Virus record (IMG/VR): IMGVR_UViG_3300042691_053605
Coordinates: 78,918 to 142,917 of that record
Reading direction: 5' to 3' (one strand)
DNA from: a virus
DNA: 64,000 nucleotides
Shown one piece after another: positions 10,630-20,377 of the stretch; within the stretch, counting starts at the first letter, position 1, and each line of letters opens with the position of its first letter. Below the pieces are notes generated by a model, which saw only the letters and a list, made by a program, of their open reading frames with translations, did no database searches and was not told where the DNA came from. The translations under genes were made by a program, and so were the position numbers.

Positions 10630-10950
10630 TCACGCTTTTCTGCGTGCCTCTCTTTTAGCGAGTTTTTCTGCTCGGGCCTCTTCTATTTGTTTGTTCTTTT
10701 GCAAAATCTCTTCGGCCTGTTCACGAGTGTGCCCAGATTCCATTAAGCTTGCTAATTGTTTTGACCAATTTTCTGCCTCATCATTAATTCTTTGATTTTC
10801 GGCTTCCTGGATATTTTGCAAATATGTTTGTTTAACATATTCTTTTTTGCGGGCTTTGATAGCCTCGCGTTGTTCAAAAGTCATTTGTTTTTCAATTTTG
10901 TGAAAACCAAATTGTTTTTCCATCTGACGACGTTCTCTTCTATTTTGCAT
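10630..10950 (-). CDS. hypothetical coiled-coil protein
   Basis: 106 aa, charged; overlaps the Nudix gene stop. Confidence 0.55.
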   Translation of the reverse strand: MQNRRERRQMEKQFGFHKIEKQMTFEQREAIKARKKEYVKQTYLQNIQEAENQRINDEAENWSKQLASLMESGHTREQAEEILQKNKQIEEARAEKLAKREARRKA

Positions 10951-11476
10951 TGTTAAAGGATTTTTGATACATAACGTTAAACAATCTTAAAAAGGCTCCT
11001 AATAGTAGAGTTTCCGAAGACTGTAAAGCCTCCGATACATCTACCATAGTAAGTTCTGAATTGGCCTCTTGATGAGATCCATCAGGTTGATTATTGCCTT
11101 TTTGAATTCCAGTTACATCAACCGCAAAAGCAGGATATTGACGGTCACTATCTTTGCTATCGTGAAAATTTCCAAGGAACACCCAACGATTTGTATCCGC
11201 GGGATCCAATTTGTATCCGCCTTCCTCGTAGAGTTCTCTTACCGCAGCCTCATAGGCATCCGCATCGGAATTATCAATAGTTCCGGTAATTAGCGTATCT
11301 GCGTAATTGGTTTCTCTAAGTGGATTCCACTCTTTCAAAACTCCAATTTTTTCAATAATTCCGCCTTTGCTTACGGTAAACGGAAGAACTGCAACCGATA
11401 CCGTTTTTGTGTGTACTCCGTACTTACCGTTTACTTCTACAATATCGAAGTACGGCGTTTCAAATAATTTATTCAT
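10940..11476 (-). CDS. Nudix hydrolase
   Basis: Nudix box TGTIDNSDADAYEAAVRELYEEGG; likely start MNKLFE at 11476. Confidence 0.85.
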   Translation of the reverse strand: MNKLFETPYFDIVEVNGKYGVHTKTVSVAVLPFTVSKGGIIEKIGVLKEWNPLRETNYADTLITGTIDNSDADAYEAAVRELYEEGGYKLDPADTNRWVFLGNFHDSKDSDRQYPAFAVDVTGIQKGNNQPDGSHQEANSELTMVDVSEALQSSETLLLGAFLRLFNVMYQKSFNNAK

Positions 11477-11984
11477 TTTTTCCTCTTTTTTTCTTGGTGA
11501 CTGCATCCACTTTTTGTTTAACTATTAATCTGATTTGATCCATTACGGAATCATTGTTTACCGAGCGTACCAAATAATTTGCGATATGAGTGTCGCCTCC
11601 ATTATATGAATCCACAATAACTTTTATGAGTTCGTCAGATGGCATATCTAAATCCAGAGTAATCTGCATTTTGGTCTTCTTTTTCTTACTCATTTCCAAT
11701 AAGTCATATACCGGATTGAGTTCAGCTGGCGGCTGTGTTTTTGCTTCTTTCTTTACCACTTCTTCCTGACGAGGAGCTTTAACGGGTTCAGGTTCCGGCA
11801 GATACGGTGCTTCCGCTGGATTACTAATAGGAAGAATCCATTCTCCTACTAATTGAGTATTACATTGGCTGCCATCTTCAAATACAAAAAACTCCATGTT
11901 ATCATCGTTAATTGTAGTCACGGCTGTAACAATTTTCCCCATTTGGTCGCCGCGAACCCATTGGAACATTTGTGGTTTATCCAT
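11469..11984 (-). CDS. hypothetical protein
   Basis: Likely start MDKPQMFQW at 11984; the longer track ORF overlaps the next gene. Confidence 0.55.
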   Translation of the reverse strand: MDKPQMFQWVRGDQMGKIVTAVTTINDDNMEFFVFEDGSQCNTQLVGEWILPISNPAEAPYLPEPEPVKAPRQEEVVKKEAKTQPPAELNPVYDLLEMSKKKKTKMQITLDLDMPSDELIKVIVDSYNGGDTHIANYLVRSVNNDSVMDQIRLIVKQKVDAVTKKKRGKNE

Positions 11985-11988
11985 CTTA

Positions 11989-12315
11989 TTATAGTTTAAC
12001 ATAACTGTTGTATTCTTTCGTGTACTCATATACCCATTCAGCCGTAATGCCTTGCACAGTCCAACCCAGCATTTCTTCGCGAAAGTTTTCCAAAAACTCT
12101 CTGAAATACTTTCCTGGATCGCCGTTTGACTGATAGGTAAATTGGGAAACTGGGAGCTTAAAGGTGTGCCTGGTGCCTTTAACCCGCCAGAATAGGTACT
12201 GAGCATTTCCAATGTTTTCATACCCAAATTCGATTGTGAGTGGTTCCCATCCATCGGGTTCAACATGGTATTCTCCTGTGTAATCAAGTTCATCAAAATT
12301 CTTATGAAACGGCAT
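11989..12315 (-). CDS. hypothetical protein
   Basis: Likely start MPFHKNF at 12315. Confidence 0.5.
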   Translation of the reverse strand: MPFHKNFDELDYTGEYHVEPDGWEPLTIEFGYENIGNAQYLFWRVKGTRHTFKLPVSQFTYQSNGDPGKYFREFLENFREEMLGWTVQGITAEWVYEYTKEYNSYVKL

Positions 12316-12574
12316 TTTCTTCTGAAGATTTCTTAACGTGTTCTTCCTCAAGTGCTTTTAGCATCATTTCCATAATATCACCGATTCCTGAATTGTGGTT
12401 TTCTGCCATTGCCTCGATATCCTGTCTCATCATTCGGATGTTTGCAAGACCTTTTTCTCCGTGATTAATTTGAATAATCACACTATCCCAATCGGAATAC
12501 GCTTTGTTTTTAAGTGCTTCTTGTTTAAGATCAAACTCAGCCTTTTCCTCTTCGAATGTTTTCTTTTTAGCCAT
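12302..12574 (-). CDS. hypothetical protein
   Basis: Likely start MAKKKTF at 12574, downstream of an ECF-type promoter. Confidence 0.55.
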   Translation of the reverse strand: MAKKKTFEEEKAEFDLKQEALKNKAYSDWDSVIIQINHGEKGLANIRMMRQDIEAMAENHNSGIGDIMEMMLKALEEEHVKKSSEENAVS

Positions 12575-12593
12575 AGTAGTATGTTTACTATAT

Positions 12594-12619
12594 TTATATT
12601 CGCTCATAGAAAAAAGTTT
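12594..12619 (-). promoter_or_regulatory. ECF-type promoter AAAC-N14-GAATATAA
   Basis: Same motif and spacing at 8 sites in the window. Confidence 0.65.
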
Positions 12620-12627
12620 CAGGGCAT

Positions 12628-12662
12628 AAAAAAGCCTTGAACACTGGTAAAAGTTCAAGGCT
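12628..12662 (-). terminator. intrinsic terminator
   Basis: AGCCTTGAAC...GTTCAAGGCT stem followed by a U-tract on the minus strand. Confidence 0.7.
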
Positions 12663-12682
12663 AAGATTAGTGACCTTAGTTT

Positions 12683-13510
12683 TTATAGCTTTACTTCTGG
12701 CTTAATAACCCCACTTGTATATGCGCCAATAAAAATTTCATTTTTTTGCACATTTTTAATTGCAATAATTTCGCCATCTTTAGCAGGCTGTTGGTTATTT
12801 CGTATGAATATAATCGGATGATTTTTGAAGTAGTTTTCGTATGCGACTTCTTGAAACTTTGCTTCAAGATTAGACCATCCTTGAGGATCATTTCTTTTAA
12901 TAACATCAATATCGCCTTTATTAAATTCTTTGGTCTTTTTAATACCGTTTTTGTCAAGTAGATCTGCAAATTCTTGAATAATTGGCATCACCTTATCGGG
13001 AAATGTTCCGCCCATCTTAAAATTTGAAGCAACATTAGCGGAAGAAACATATACCGCTTTCAGCTCATAAGTAGTACCGCCTGATGAAATATCAGCGCCT
13101 GCACTACTGCCACCGCCGATAACAGCATCATTAACCAAAAAGTAAATTAAAACTTCGCCAGGACCAATTCCACCAACTTTATATTTGAAAAGATTTGTAA
13201 ATCCTTGCGCGTTCTCAGATCTCAATTCCCCGATTAATTTATTTATGCCAGCCATATCTACTGATCCCAATGTTGTACTTAAATCAAACTTTGGAAAAAA
13301 GTACTTTTTGAAAAGATACTGAATTGCTTTTTTGTAAGTAACAGTTTTGAAGTCTGCCTCTGTAAGATTAAATCCAGAAACTTTTTCTGCTCGCGCTAAA
13401 AATTTCATATCCTCTTCACCAAGTTCAAGATTTTCAAGAATACCGCGAAAGTACTCTTCACGATTTGCTTCTTCGGTAATAATGAAATTTTTGTAATCAA
13501 GTAAGCTCAT
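12683..13510 (-). CDS. putative head-packaged protein, possible PD-(D/E)xK nuclease fold
   Basis: N-terminus MSLLDYKNFIITEE; GPGE...ADI..GGTTYELK motif. Confidence 0.45.
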   Translation of the reverse strand: MSLLDYKNFIITEEANREEYFRGILENLELGEEDMKFLARAEKVSGFNLTEADFKTVTYKKAIQYLFKKYFFPKFDLSTTLGSVDMAGINKLIGELRSENAQGFTNLFKYKVGGIGPGEVLIYFLVNDAVIGGGSSAGADISSGGTTYELKAVYVSSANVASNFKMGGTFPDKVMPIIQEFADLLDKNGIKKTKEFNKGDIDVIKRNDPQGWSNLEAKFQEVAYENYFKNHPIIFIRNNQQPAKDGEIIAIKNVQKNEIFIGAYTSGVIKPEVKL

Positions 13511-13573
13511 TCTGCGGTTGTCTTTTTTTCTTTTTATATTATCCTTAACACAAATAAAGAGTGATCACTACGA

Positions 13574-13792
13574 TCACTCTATAACTATCTCGGGTCCACC
13601 GATGTACTCTACAATACCGCTTTTTGAAACGGATCTAATTTCATAATCAAAGGTGGTTCCTCTAAATTTTTCTCGTACTTTTGCCTGAGACTCTTCAATT
13701 GTCTCTGCATTTACAAGATAAGTTTCTGTAATGGTACGAACTTTACCATCATCATCGTAACTTGTTTTTACTCTTACTGTCCAGTGAGCCAT
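13574..13792 (-). CDS. DUF4494-like small protein (Bacteroidota type)
   Basis: W.V.VK.SY...G....TETYLVNAET.EE pattern. Confidence 0.65.
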   Translation of the reverse strand: MAHWTVRVKTSYDDDGKVRTITETYLVNAETIEESQAKVREKFRGTTFDYEIRSVSKSGIVEYIGGPEIVIE

Positions 13793-13822
13793 ATTATTGT
13801 GTTTTAAGGGTTGTCTGTTTAT

Positions 13823-14692
13823 TTATCCTTGCAAGAGATTGTTTTCAAAAATGATATTGCAAATTTCTCGTGATATCTGTGTATCGGAAGGATAATGAAT
13901 TCCGGTAACTTCTCGGCTGCGTGCTACTCTTTCTCCCAAATCTTTTAATTCCTTTTTAATCTTGGGATATTTTCTTGAGTAATACTCACTCATTACAAAT
14001 CCGGTTAGCGCATGACCGCTGGGATACGCCGCAGTCATTGCATCTGTTCTGATTAGCGGATAAAGAGGATAGTTGCAACATTTTGCTAATTGATAAGGCC
14101 TTGGGCGATTGATTATGTCTTTTAGAAAATAGAGAATTCCATCTGGCTGAGAGTCAATTCGGAAATACCCACCCATATCTTCCTCATAGCCGTTTTCTTT
14201 TAAGAGATCAATAAAAGACTGCGCTAAATTACTCACATCATCTACATATCTTGCAAAAGTTATCTCCTCAGCGGTGGCTTCTGCTGTAAGTTTAACCAGG
14301 GTTTCTAAATCCTTTTTTGTGGTTTCACTATCATTGGCAGGAGCGGTTGCACGCATTCTTTCGCAAATACCTTTTTCAATAAACCAGTTCTTAATCGGAT
14401 CGTCAGCCTTTTGTGAAATTTCAAAAAGTTCCATTGGAGGATTTCCGTATTGCACAGAATTAACATCGATACCCTCATCAGTAACTCCCATTTGAGCCTC
14501 ATAGAGATCGGTTTTCTTCTTCTTGCCTTTATCCGGCCCACCCTCATGCGGAATCATACCTTGTGCAATTAGAGAAGTTCTAACGCCAAACGGTATTTCC
14601 TTTCCGTCCTCGTATTCTTTTTTGTACTTTTGTAAAGTTTCATCTGAATACGGAGATTCTTTCTCTGTTATGAATTCTTTGTAGTTTTTCAT
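13823..14692 (-). CDS. PAP2-superfamily acid phosphatase
   Basis: K...RPRP, YPSGH and SR..GIHYPSD motifs; N-terminus MKNYKEFITE. Confidence 0.85.
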   Translation of the reverse strand: MKNYKEFITEKESPYSDETLQKYKKEYEDGKEIPFGVRTSLIAQGMIPHEGGPDKGKKKKTDLYEAQMGVTDEGIDVNSVQYGNPPMELFEISQKADDPIKNWFIEKGICERMRATAPANDSETTKKDLETLVKLTAEATAEEITFARYVDDVSNLAQSFIDLLKENGYEEDMGGYFRIDSQPDGILYFLKDIINRPRPYQLAKCCNYPLYPLIRTDAMTAAYPSGHALTGFVMSEYYSRKYPKIKKELKDLGERVARSREVTGIHYPSDTQISREICNIIFENNLLQG

Positions 14693-14985
14693 TTATCAAG
14701 TAGGTCTTCTCTACCAAGTTGTTTGTAAACCTCTTGGCGGGTTTTTTCCATTTTTTCTGCGTACTCGGGATCGGATTTGCGGTTAAACACAATTTGTTGT
14801 GTAAGACTTCCGCTAATCTTTTTTAAGTCTTTTTTGCGTGTTTTAATCAGCCAGGCTGCAAGATCTTTAATACTTAAATCACGAAAACGGCCTTCTGCAT
14901 CCGGAGCATCACTGTCTTTCCAATCTGGAGCGTTAGCAGGTTTTTTCTCTGCTAACCAACTTTCATATAGTTTTACGTACATCAT
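14689..14985 (-). CDS. hypothetical protein with a capsid-targeting-like N-terminus
   Basis: MMYVKLYESWLAE. Confidence 0.6.
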   Translation of the reverse strand: MMYVKLYESWLAEKKPANAPDWKDSDAPDAEGRFRDLSIKDLAAWLIKTRKKDLKKISGSLTQQIVFNRKSDPEYAEKMEKTRQEVYKQLGREDLLDK

Positions 14986-15527
14986 TTAGGTATTCCGATA
15001 AGAACTTTTGTTTTCATTGGACCGCCGGTGAGTTTTCTGTCGTAACTGCCATCAGGATTCATTTTGATATCCTTGTTTAGCACTTTACGAATTTCTTTCT
15101 CATCTTTGATATGGGTCAACCCAAATTTTTGTGCAAGATCTGGATCAACCTCGGCGTAAAAGCCTCTGGTTTTCATCAGTTCAATCATTTTTAGTACTGC
15201 ATCCTTCTTTGCCTGTGTACCACCGTCCTGACCCATTACAGTCATTTTTACTCCATGCGGTGTTGGTTTACCACCAAGTACTACATCCGCGTCAGGATCG
15301 GTATCAACATCTTTTGCAATCCAATAAGTAACATCAGAACCTTTAAGATCTGAACCTTTTTTGAATTCCACGTTTCCGCCTTTACCTGCATACGCCTTAT
15401 TAATAAGATCCACAATTTCATCAGCGTAATCCAGCAGCTCTGATTGCGGTATATCCACAAATATTTGTTTAGGATGTGCATCCGCAAAACTTTCAGCTAG
15501 CCAAGAGGCATAATTTAGAATTTTCAT
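14982..15527 (-). CDS. hypothetical protein with a capsid-targeting-like N-terminus
   Basis: MKILNYASWLAE. Confidence 0.6.
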   Translation of the reverse strand: MKILNYASWLAESFADAHPKQIFVDIPQSELLDYADEIVDLINKAYAGKGGNVEFKKGSDLKGSDVTYWIAKDVDTDPDADVVLGGKPTPHGVKMTVMGQDGGTQAKKDAVLKMIELMKTRGFYAEVDPDLAQKFGLTHIKDEKEIRKVLNKDIKMNPDGSYDRKLTGGPMKTKVLIGIPK

Positions 15528-15534
15528 ACCTTAT

Positions 15535-16143
15535 TTATCTTGGAGTAGTAATGTCCTTAGACTCTAGCAGAGTATATGTAAATGAGTTGCCCCACAGATT
15601 TTTTGCGGATCTGCAAATTTCCATAAAGGTGTAAAAGTCTTTTTTCCTCTTAAACACTTGGCAGCCTTCTGACCAGTTTTCTACATAGGTTGAATCTTCA
15701 CCAGCATGATGGATATTAATTCCAAACCCGGTTCCTTCGTCATATAAAGTGCCATCAAATACCATATCGCGGTCAGAATCCCGGTAAACTTTAAGAAGAC
15801 CTTTTTGACGCAGGGCTTCATAGTTTTTATGTGGACCTATCATATGAGAGCCAGGGTACTGACCCGGAATTAACCGGGCCACACCTTGACGATTTCCATA
15901 TTCCATGACACCTTTTTTCCCAGGATCTGTGGTAATAATCCACTCATGGTATTTCCACACTTCATTAATTTTGTACACAAGACACATTCTGTCGTCAAAC
16001 AAATTCGTTACCGCATTTCCTACATCACTATTCCGAACTCCTACTATATTAAGATTGTAATTTCCTTCGTCAAACCAACGGTAGCCTTTTGACTTTACCG
16101 TGGCCTCAATTTGCCCGTGTGTCCAATTCATTGAAGTTTCCAT
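15535..16143 (-). CDS. putative L,D-transpeptidase-like (YkuD-fold) cell-wall enzyme
   Basis: GINIHHAG...WSEGCQ catalytic His/Cys motif; abuts the endolysin gene. Confidence 0.65.
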   Translation of the reverse strand: METSMNWTHGQIEATVKSKGYRWFDEGNYNLNIVGVRNSDVGNAVTNLFDDRMCLVYKINEVWKYHEWIITTDPGKKGVMEYGNRQGVARLIPGQYPGSHMIGPHKNYEALRQKGLLKVYRDSDRDMVFDGTLYDEGTGFGINIHHAGEDSTYVENWSEGCQVFKRKKDFYTFMEICRSAKNLWGNSFTYTLLESKDITTPR

Positions 16144-16979
16144 TATTTTAGAAGCGCGTAATACTCTTTGAAATGCTTAATGCGGTCAGCCAATCCAATG
16201 GTTCCACCGTTAACTCTTTTAGTTACCGCTGTTACTGTTGCGTCATCCGCGCCTTTATCACAAATACTCCACAATTTGTTGGAATCAAAGAAAAAAGCAG
16301 CAGAAGCCAGCGCATATTTAGAAGCAACTAAATCAGGAGCGGCTACGCAGTCTTCTCCAATAAACTTAGTAAAGGCAGTATAGTTACTTTTACCAGTCAA
16401 TTGGATATATCCACGACCGCGGTAGTTCCAACCATCTTTGGAAGCCTCGTCTCCGTTACCCATACGGCTTGCGTATACTCGAGCGGCAATTTTTTCCGGT
16501 TGACGAGCATAAGAGGCGGAAAGATCTCCAGGAAAGTATTTTCCAAAAATCTTCTTTAGCCCATCTGCACTGTAATTAAGATTTTCAGCAACCGCCTTAA
16601 ATCCTCCACTTTCATGTCCACACTGGGCTAAGAAATGTGCAAGTCTAAGACTGTTAGTGATATTAAATTTTGCAGCAGTGTCAGGAATTTGAGCAAGTAC
16701 AGCGTCAGGAATATGTCCTTTTAATTTGTCTAACTTAAATCCGGAAGCTGATGGAGCAGCCGCAACTGGAGCCGCTGTTTCAGCAACATGAACTGCGCCA
16801 AGACCCATACGTTCCCATGTGGCGTTACCAACAATACCGTCAGCAGACAATCCGTGTTTTTCTTGCCATATCTTTACAGCAGCCTCGGTGCCAGGACCGA
16901 AAGCTCCATCATCAGCAAGTCCTAAAAATCTTTGAAGAGACTTTACCTCTTCGCCAGATGATCCTTTTTTCAATAACAT
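16143..16979 (-). CDS. endolysin: peptidoglycan-binding domain plus GH19 glycoside hydrolase
   Basis: LKKGSSGEEVKSLQ..DG.FGPGT PG-binding domain; FLAQCGHESGGF, YRGRGYIQLTG and TKRVNGG GH19 motifs. Confidence 0.92.
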   Translation of the reverse strand: MLLKKGSSGEEVKSLQRFLGLADDGAFGPGTEAAVKIWQEKHGLSADGIVGNATWERMGLGAVHVAETAAPVAAAPSASGFKLDKLKGHIPDAVLAQIPDTAAKFNITNSLRLAHFLAQCGHESGGFKAVAENLNYSADGLKKIFGKYFPGDLSASYARQPEKIAARVYASRMGNGDEASKDGWNYRGRGYIQLTGKSNYTAFTKFIGEDCVAAPDLVASKYALASAAFFFDSNKLWSICDKGADDATVTAVTKRVNGGTIGLADRIKHFKEYYALLK

Positions 16980-16994
16980 ATTTGATTGTTTATT

Positions 16995-17363
16995 TTAGCA
17001 TTCACAAGGTTCTTGACCACAATTAGGGCAAGTAGAATCAACAGAAACCACTTCAGCAGCCTCCTCCTTTTTTACCGGTGTGGTGGCCTGATTAATATCC
17101 TTTTTTGCAGCAGTAAACTTATCAACAGATGACAATCCAAGAGTTGCAAATGCCAATAGAGCAACTGCATCTACAAGGTATTGCGCAGGAGCAATATCTA
17201 CAGTTGAAAAACTGTTGTGATACATGGTAACGCAAAGTGTAGCAGCACACATAACGCCAACTAGTCTTTTTGATGATGGTACTCCTTTTTCATCTTTGAA
17301 AAGTCCGCCTGACCATTTTTTCAAGTCTTCAAACCATTTTTTGATGTTTTCAAATAGTTTCAT
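16995..17363 (-). CDS. putative holin
   Basis: SSKRLVG followed by two hydrophobic helices; immediately upstream of the endolysin. Confidence 0.6.
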   Translation of the reverse strand: MKLFENIKKWFEDLKKWSGGLFKDEKGVPSSKRLVGVMCAATLCVTMYHNSFSTVDIAPAQYLVDAVALLAFATLGLSSVDKFTAAKKDINQATTPVKKEEAAEVVSVDSTCPNCGQEPCEC

Positions 17364-17380
17364 TGTTTTGTTTTGTTATT

Positions 17381-17953
17381 TTATTCCTTCGTCTCACTGG
17401 CGTATTTAACACCCATTATCGTTCCCACTATTGAAAAAGCATTTGTAAGAAGTATTCCAAACATATTGCTCCAGGTACTTCCTATAATTTGTGTATCTTT
17501 ATCTGTAATCATAGCAACCGCGTACATTCCTGTGGTAATTACTCCCACGCTTCCAATTACAATCAGTGCAACTTTTACAATTAAACCCATAAGCTCAAAT
17601 TGCGATTTTTTCTGTGCAACTTCTAAATCATTTAAAGCTGCATCTTTTGCAGCTTCTGCTTTTTTCTTTGCATCTTCCGCATCTGATAACGCACTTTTGA
17701 GTTCTTCATTTATTCTAACAATCTCTTCTTCGGTTTCCTGTAGCTCACGATTTCTCTCTTGTACCTGTTTAGTAATTTCAAGTCTTCGTTTGCGTGTTTC
17801 CTTATCTTTATCTGTAGATTCTTTTATGTAGGTTGCAAATTCAGTATCGCCAGCATCCGCTTCCAACAACTTAAGAATATTGCCTTCCAGCGTTATTCTT
17901 TTTGTACGTTGTACCTCTAATAGCCAATCTCTTACTGTTTTATCAACTTTCAT
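17381..17953 (-). CDS. coiled-coil membrane protein with two C-terminal TM helices
   Basis: Charged helical N-terminus and hydrophobic C-terminus; start overlaps the receiver stop. Confidence 0.7.
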   Translation of the reverse strand: MKVDKTVRDWLLEVQRTKRITLEGNILKLLEADAGDTEFATYIKESTDKDKETRKRRLEITKQVQERNRELQETEEEIVRINEELKSALSDAEDAKKKAEAAKDAALNDLEVAQKKSQFELMGLIVKVALIVIGSVGVITTGMYAVAMITDKDTQIIGSTWSNMFGILLTNAFSIVGTIMGVKYASETKE

Positions 17954-18384
17954 TATTTGTATATCTTAAAGGGAGCAGACTTACTTTTGTAACTGTCAAA
18001 ATCTTTTTTGAAATCTTCTAAACGAGGCTCAATATCATCACTCTTAATAATCCAGAACTGTGCACCGGCTTTTTGCGCCTTTGTTTGCTCCTCGGGTTCA
18101 TTAGAAGAGGAAATAATGCCAATTACCACGCCATCTCCGTATTCAAAATTTATTTTACGGATAAGTTCAATGCCATCATAAGAAGATCCAATAATGTTTA
18201 GATCTACAAATACGCATTCGGGTTTTCCCGCAGAGTCTTGCTGCCATGCAGCAAATAAACGCGCTGCTTGATCCGCGCTATCAATACATTCCAACGTTAG
18301 AGAGATATCTAACAAACTGCATGCATCTTCAAAAACAAGATGGAAGAGGCTTTCATCGTCAACCAACAAGATTGATTCAATCAT
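17953..18384 (-). CDS. single-domain response regulator (CheY-like receiver)
   Basis: ILLVDDE, VFVDLNI..DGIEL, IISSS and GAQFWIIK; no output domain. Confidence 0.92.
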   Translation of the reverse strand: MIESILLVDDESLFHLVFEDACSLLDISLTLECIDSADQAARLFAAWQQDSAGKPECVFVDLNIIGSSYDGIELIRKINFEYGDGVVIGIISSSNEPEEQTKAQKAGAQFWIIKSDDIEPRLEDFKKDFDSYKSKSAPFKIYK

Positions 18385-19714
18385 TTTGTATGCTTATTTT
18401 CATTTTAGTGCCTTTTGGCAATTTTTCACAATCCAAGCGATAACCGTGTTCCACAAAAATTGCGTTTGTGATGTTAAGACCCAAACCTTCTCCGCCATCT
18501 ACCGCATTTTGAGTATCAATTTTATGCTCCAAAACTTTTTGAAACTCCTTTGGTGATAAGCCTCGTCCGTTATCCTCTACACATATAATGTTATCAGTTC
18601 TATATATCTTTACAGCCTTTTCTGCGCTGTCATTGTACTTTAATCCGTTACGTACTAAATTATCAATACCACTGCAAAAAAGTATCGGATTAACGTTTTC
18701 AGTGCCAAGATCTTCCACTGTTACCTGGGATCCATAAGATGTATTTGAAAAGTATTTCAGCAGTTCATCTTTTAGGTTTACTTCTTTTTTCTCAAGAACT
18801 ACATTTTCTTTTACCAGATTTGTAAATTCGTACACATTTTTATACACCTTTTGTGTATGCGCAAGCCCTTCTTTAATCATTTTTATTGCACCGTCAATCT
18901 TAAGCTCTTTCATTTTTTCTTCATCTACGCGCCTTTCCAGCGATGTTATTCCACGGGGCATATAGGTATTAATACCGCTGTGCATATCGTGACGTATTAA
19001 ACGCGCGGCATGGTCAAGATATGTGTTTTTCTTATTAATGTCTCTTATTTGTTCCTCGATCTCAACATCCTGTACCTGTATTTTTTTCCTTTGTAAAACC
19101 ACTGCGGTAACCAGACCAAGGGCAGTAATTATACCAAAAGCAATATAGAGATATCTCTTTAACTTATTTTGTTCTACCTTTAGTTCATCATTTTGGCCTA
19201 CCAGATTTCCGTTTTCATCTTTTAATTCACCTTCGGTTAACGTTAAATTAATGATGCTCTTTTCTTTTTCCAACACAGTCAAAGTTCCTTGTTTTGACTT
19301 AATAAGTTCCTGTTTTGCTCTCTCTTTAATTAACTTATCAATTTCCTGTTTTAATTGTGCAATCTTATTGTCAATTTGTATTAAGACAGTTTTCAAATTT
19401 TCTTTAGGCAGTTCCTCATAAGAAGGCGGAAGATCTGCCATAAATTTAACGTCCTCCTCTAAAAGTTTAACGTCCTCTTGCGTTAGTTCCTCTTTTGGCT
19501 CCTCAAAGATTTTTTCTGGCTTAACCCAGTTTGGGACAATTTTGTCAATCATATCCGTAATAATGTTTGACTCTAAAACGGTGTCCTTTTTTAACACATC
19601 AAGTTTCTTTTCCGGGTTTACCCAACTTGGATTAATTCTTACGTCATCCAGCGTATCTTGCGAAAACGCACCAATTGAAATGACAAATAATGGTATCAAT
19701 AATAATGTTTTCAT
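18377..19714 (-). CDS. membrane sensor histidine kinase
   Basis: Signal peptide, coiled coil, one TM, H-box IRHDMHSGIN, NLVRNGLKYN, EDNGRG and GLGL. Confidence 0.9.
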   Translation of the reverse strand: MKTLLLIPLFVISIGAFSQDTLDDVRINPSWVNPEKKLDVLKKDTVLESNIITDMIDKIVPNWVKPEKIFEEPKEELTQEDVKLLEEDVKFMADLPPSYEELPKENLKTVLIQIDNKIAQLKQEIDKLIKERAKQELIKSKQGTLTVLEKEKSIINLTLTEGELKDENGNLVGQNDELKVEQNKLKRYLYIAFGIITALGLVTAVVLQRKKIQVQDVEIEEQIRDINKKNTYLDHAARLIRHDMHSGINTYMPRGITSLERRVDEEKMKELKIDGAIKMIKEGLAHTQKVYKNVYEFTNLVKENVVLEKKEVNLKDELLKYFSNTSYGSQVTVEDLGTENVNPILFCSGIDNLVRNGLKYNDSAEKAVKIYRTDNIICVEDNGRGLSPKEFQKVLEHKIDTQNAVDGGEGLGLNITNAIFVEHGYRLDCEKLPKGTKMKISIQND

Positions 19715-20376
19715 TGTTTTGCCTCCTTATCAAGACGGTTCCATTTAGTACGGTATTTCCAAACTTTTCTTTTTGTGGATTCTTCGCTACCTAAACGTTG
19801 GATTTTTATTTTGCTTCTGAATTCAAACCAGGCGGCCTGATTGACGCCATAAGTTTCTACAAATTTCTTATATTTTTTATACTCTTTCTTTGACATTTTT
19901 TGAAGGGAATACCCAAAGTCATAATTTATTAAGTAGTACTCCGATAAATCCATTATGTATATAGTAGTGTCGTCGGGATACTGGGTATACACTAGTGAAG
20001 GGCCAAGCGCCCAGCTCCATAGGCTGTCCAGGACATACTGGTTTTTTGTTTCTCCGCTGCCATTTATTTTAGCTATTGAGTCTATTATGTTTTTTTGTAT
20101 TCCATTTAGCTGTTTTAGCACTCGGTTTTCTTCTAACAAAATTTGATTAATTTGACTTAGGCTATCAATAAAAAGTTTGTTTTTAGAATCTTTTTTCCGG
20201 TATTCCTTAGTCTCCGCAACTTTTTTATCAATCATTTGATTAATTTTTTCAGATTGCTCAATGGTTAATATGATAACCGAATCGCCTTTGAAGATTGTTT
20301 TGATAGGGTACTGGTTTTGTGATAAACCAACTACCACTGAAAAAAAGATTGCAGTGGTAAGCAGAAAATTTTTCAT
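19711..20376 (-). CDS. exported protein of unknown function, between the two kinases
   Basis: Signal peptide MKNFLLTTAIFFSVVVGLSQ followed by a coiled coil. Confidence 0.65.
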   Translation of the reverse strand: MKNFLLTTAIFFSVVVGLSQNQYPIKTIFKGDSVIILTIEQSEKINQMIDKKVAETKEYRKKDSKNKLFIDSLSQINQILLEENRVLKQLNGIQKNIIDSIAKINGSGETKNQYVLDSLWSWALGPSLVYTQYPDDTTIYIMDLSEYYLINYDFGYSLQKMSKKEYKKYKKFVETYGVNQAAWFEFRSKIKIQRLGSEESTKRKVWKYRTKWNRLDKEAKQ

Positions 20377-20377
20377 C

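Noticed and set aside
11469-12658. Long N-terminal extensions and large overlaps in track ORFs (also at 26546, 28406, 54890, 60103 and 63335)
   Set aside because: Artefacts of choosing the most upstream start; downstream ATGs give normal abutting genes.
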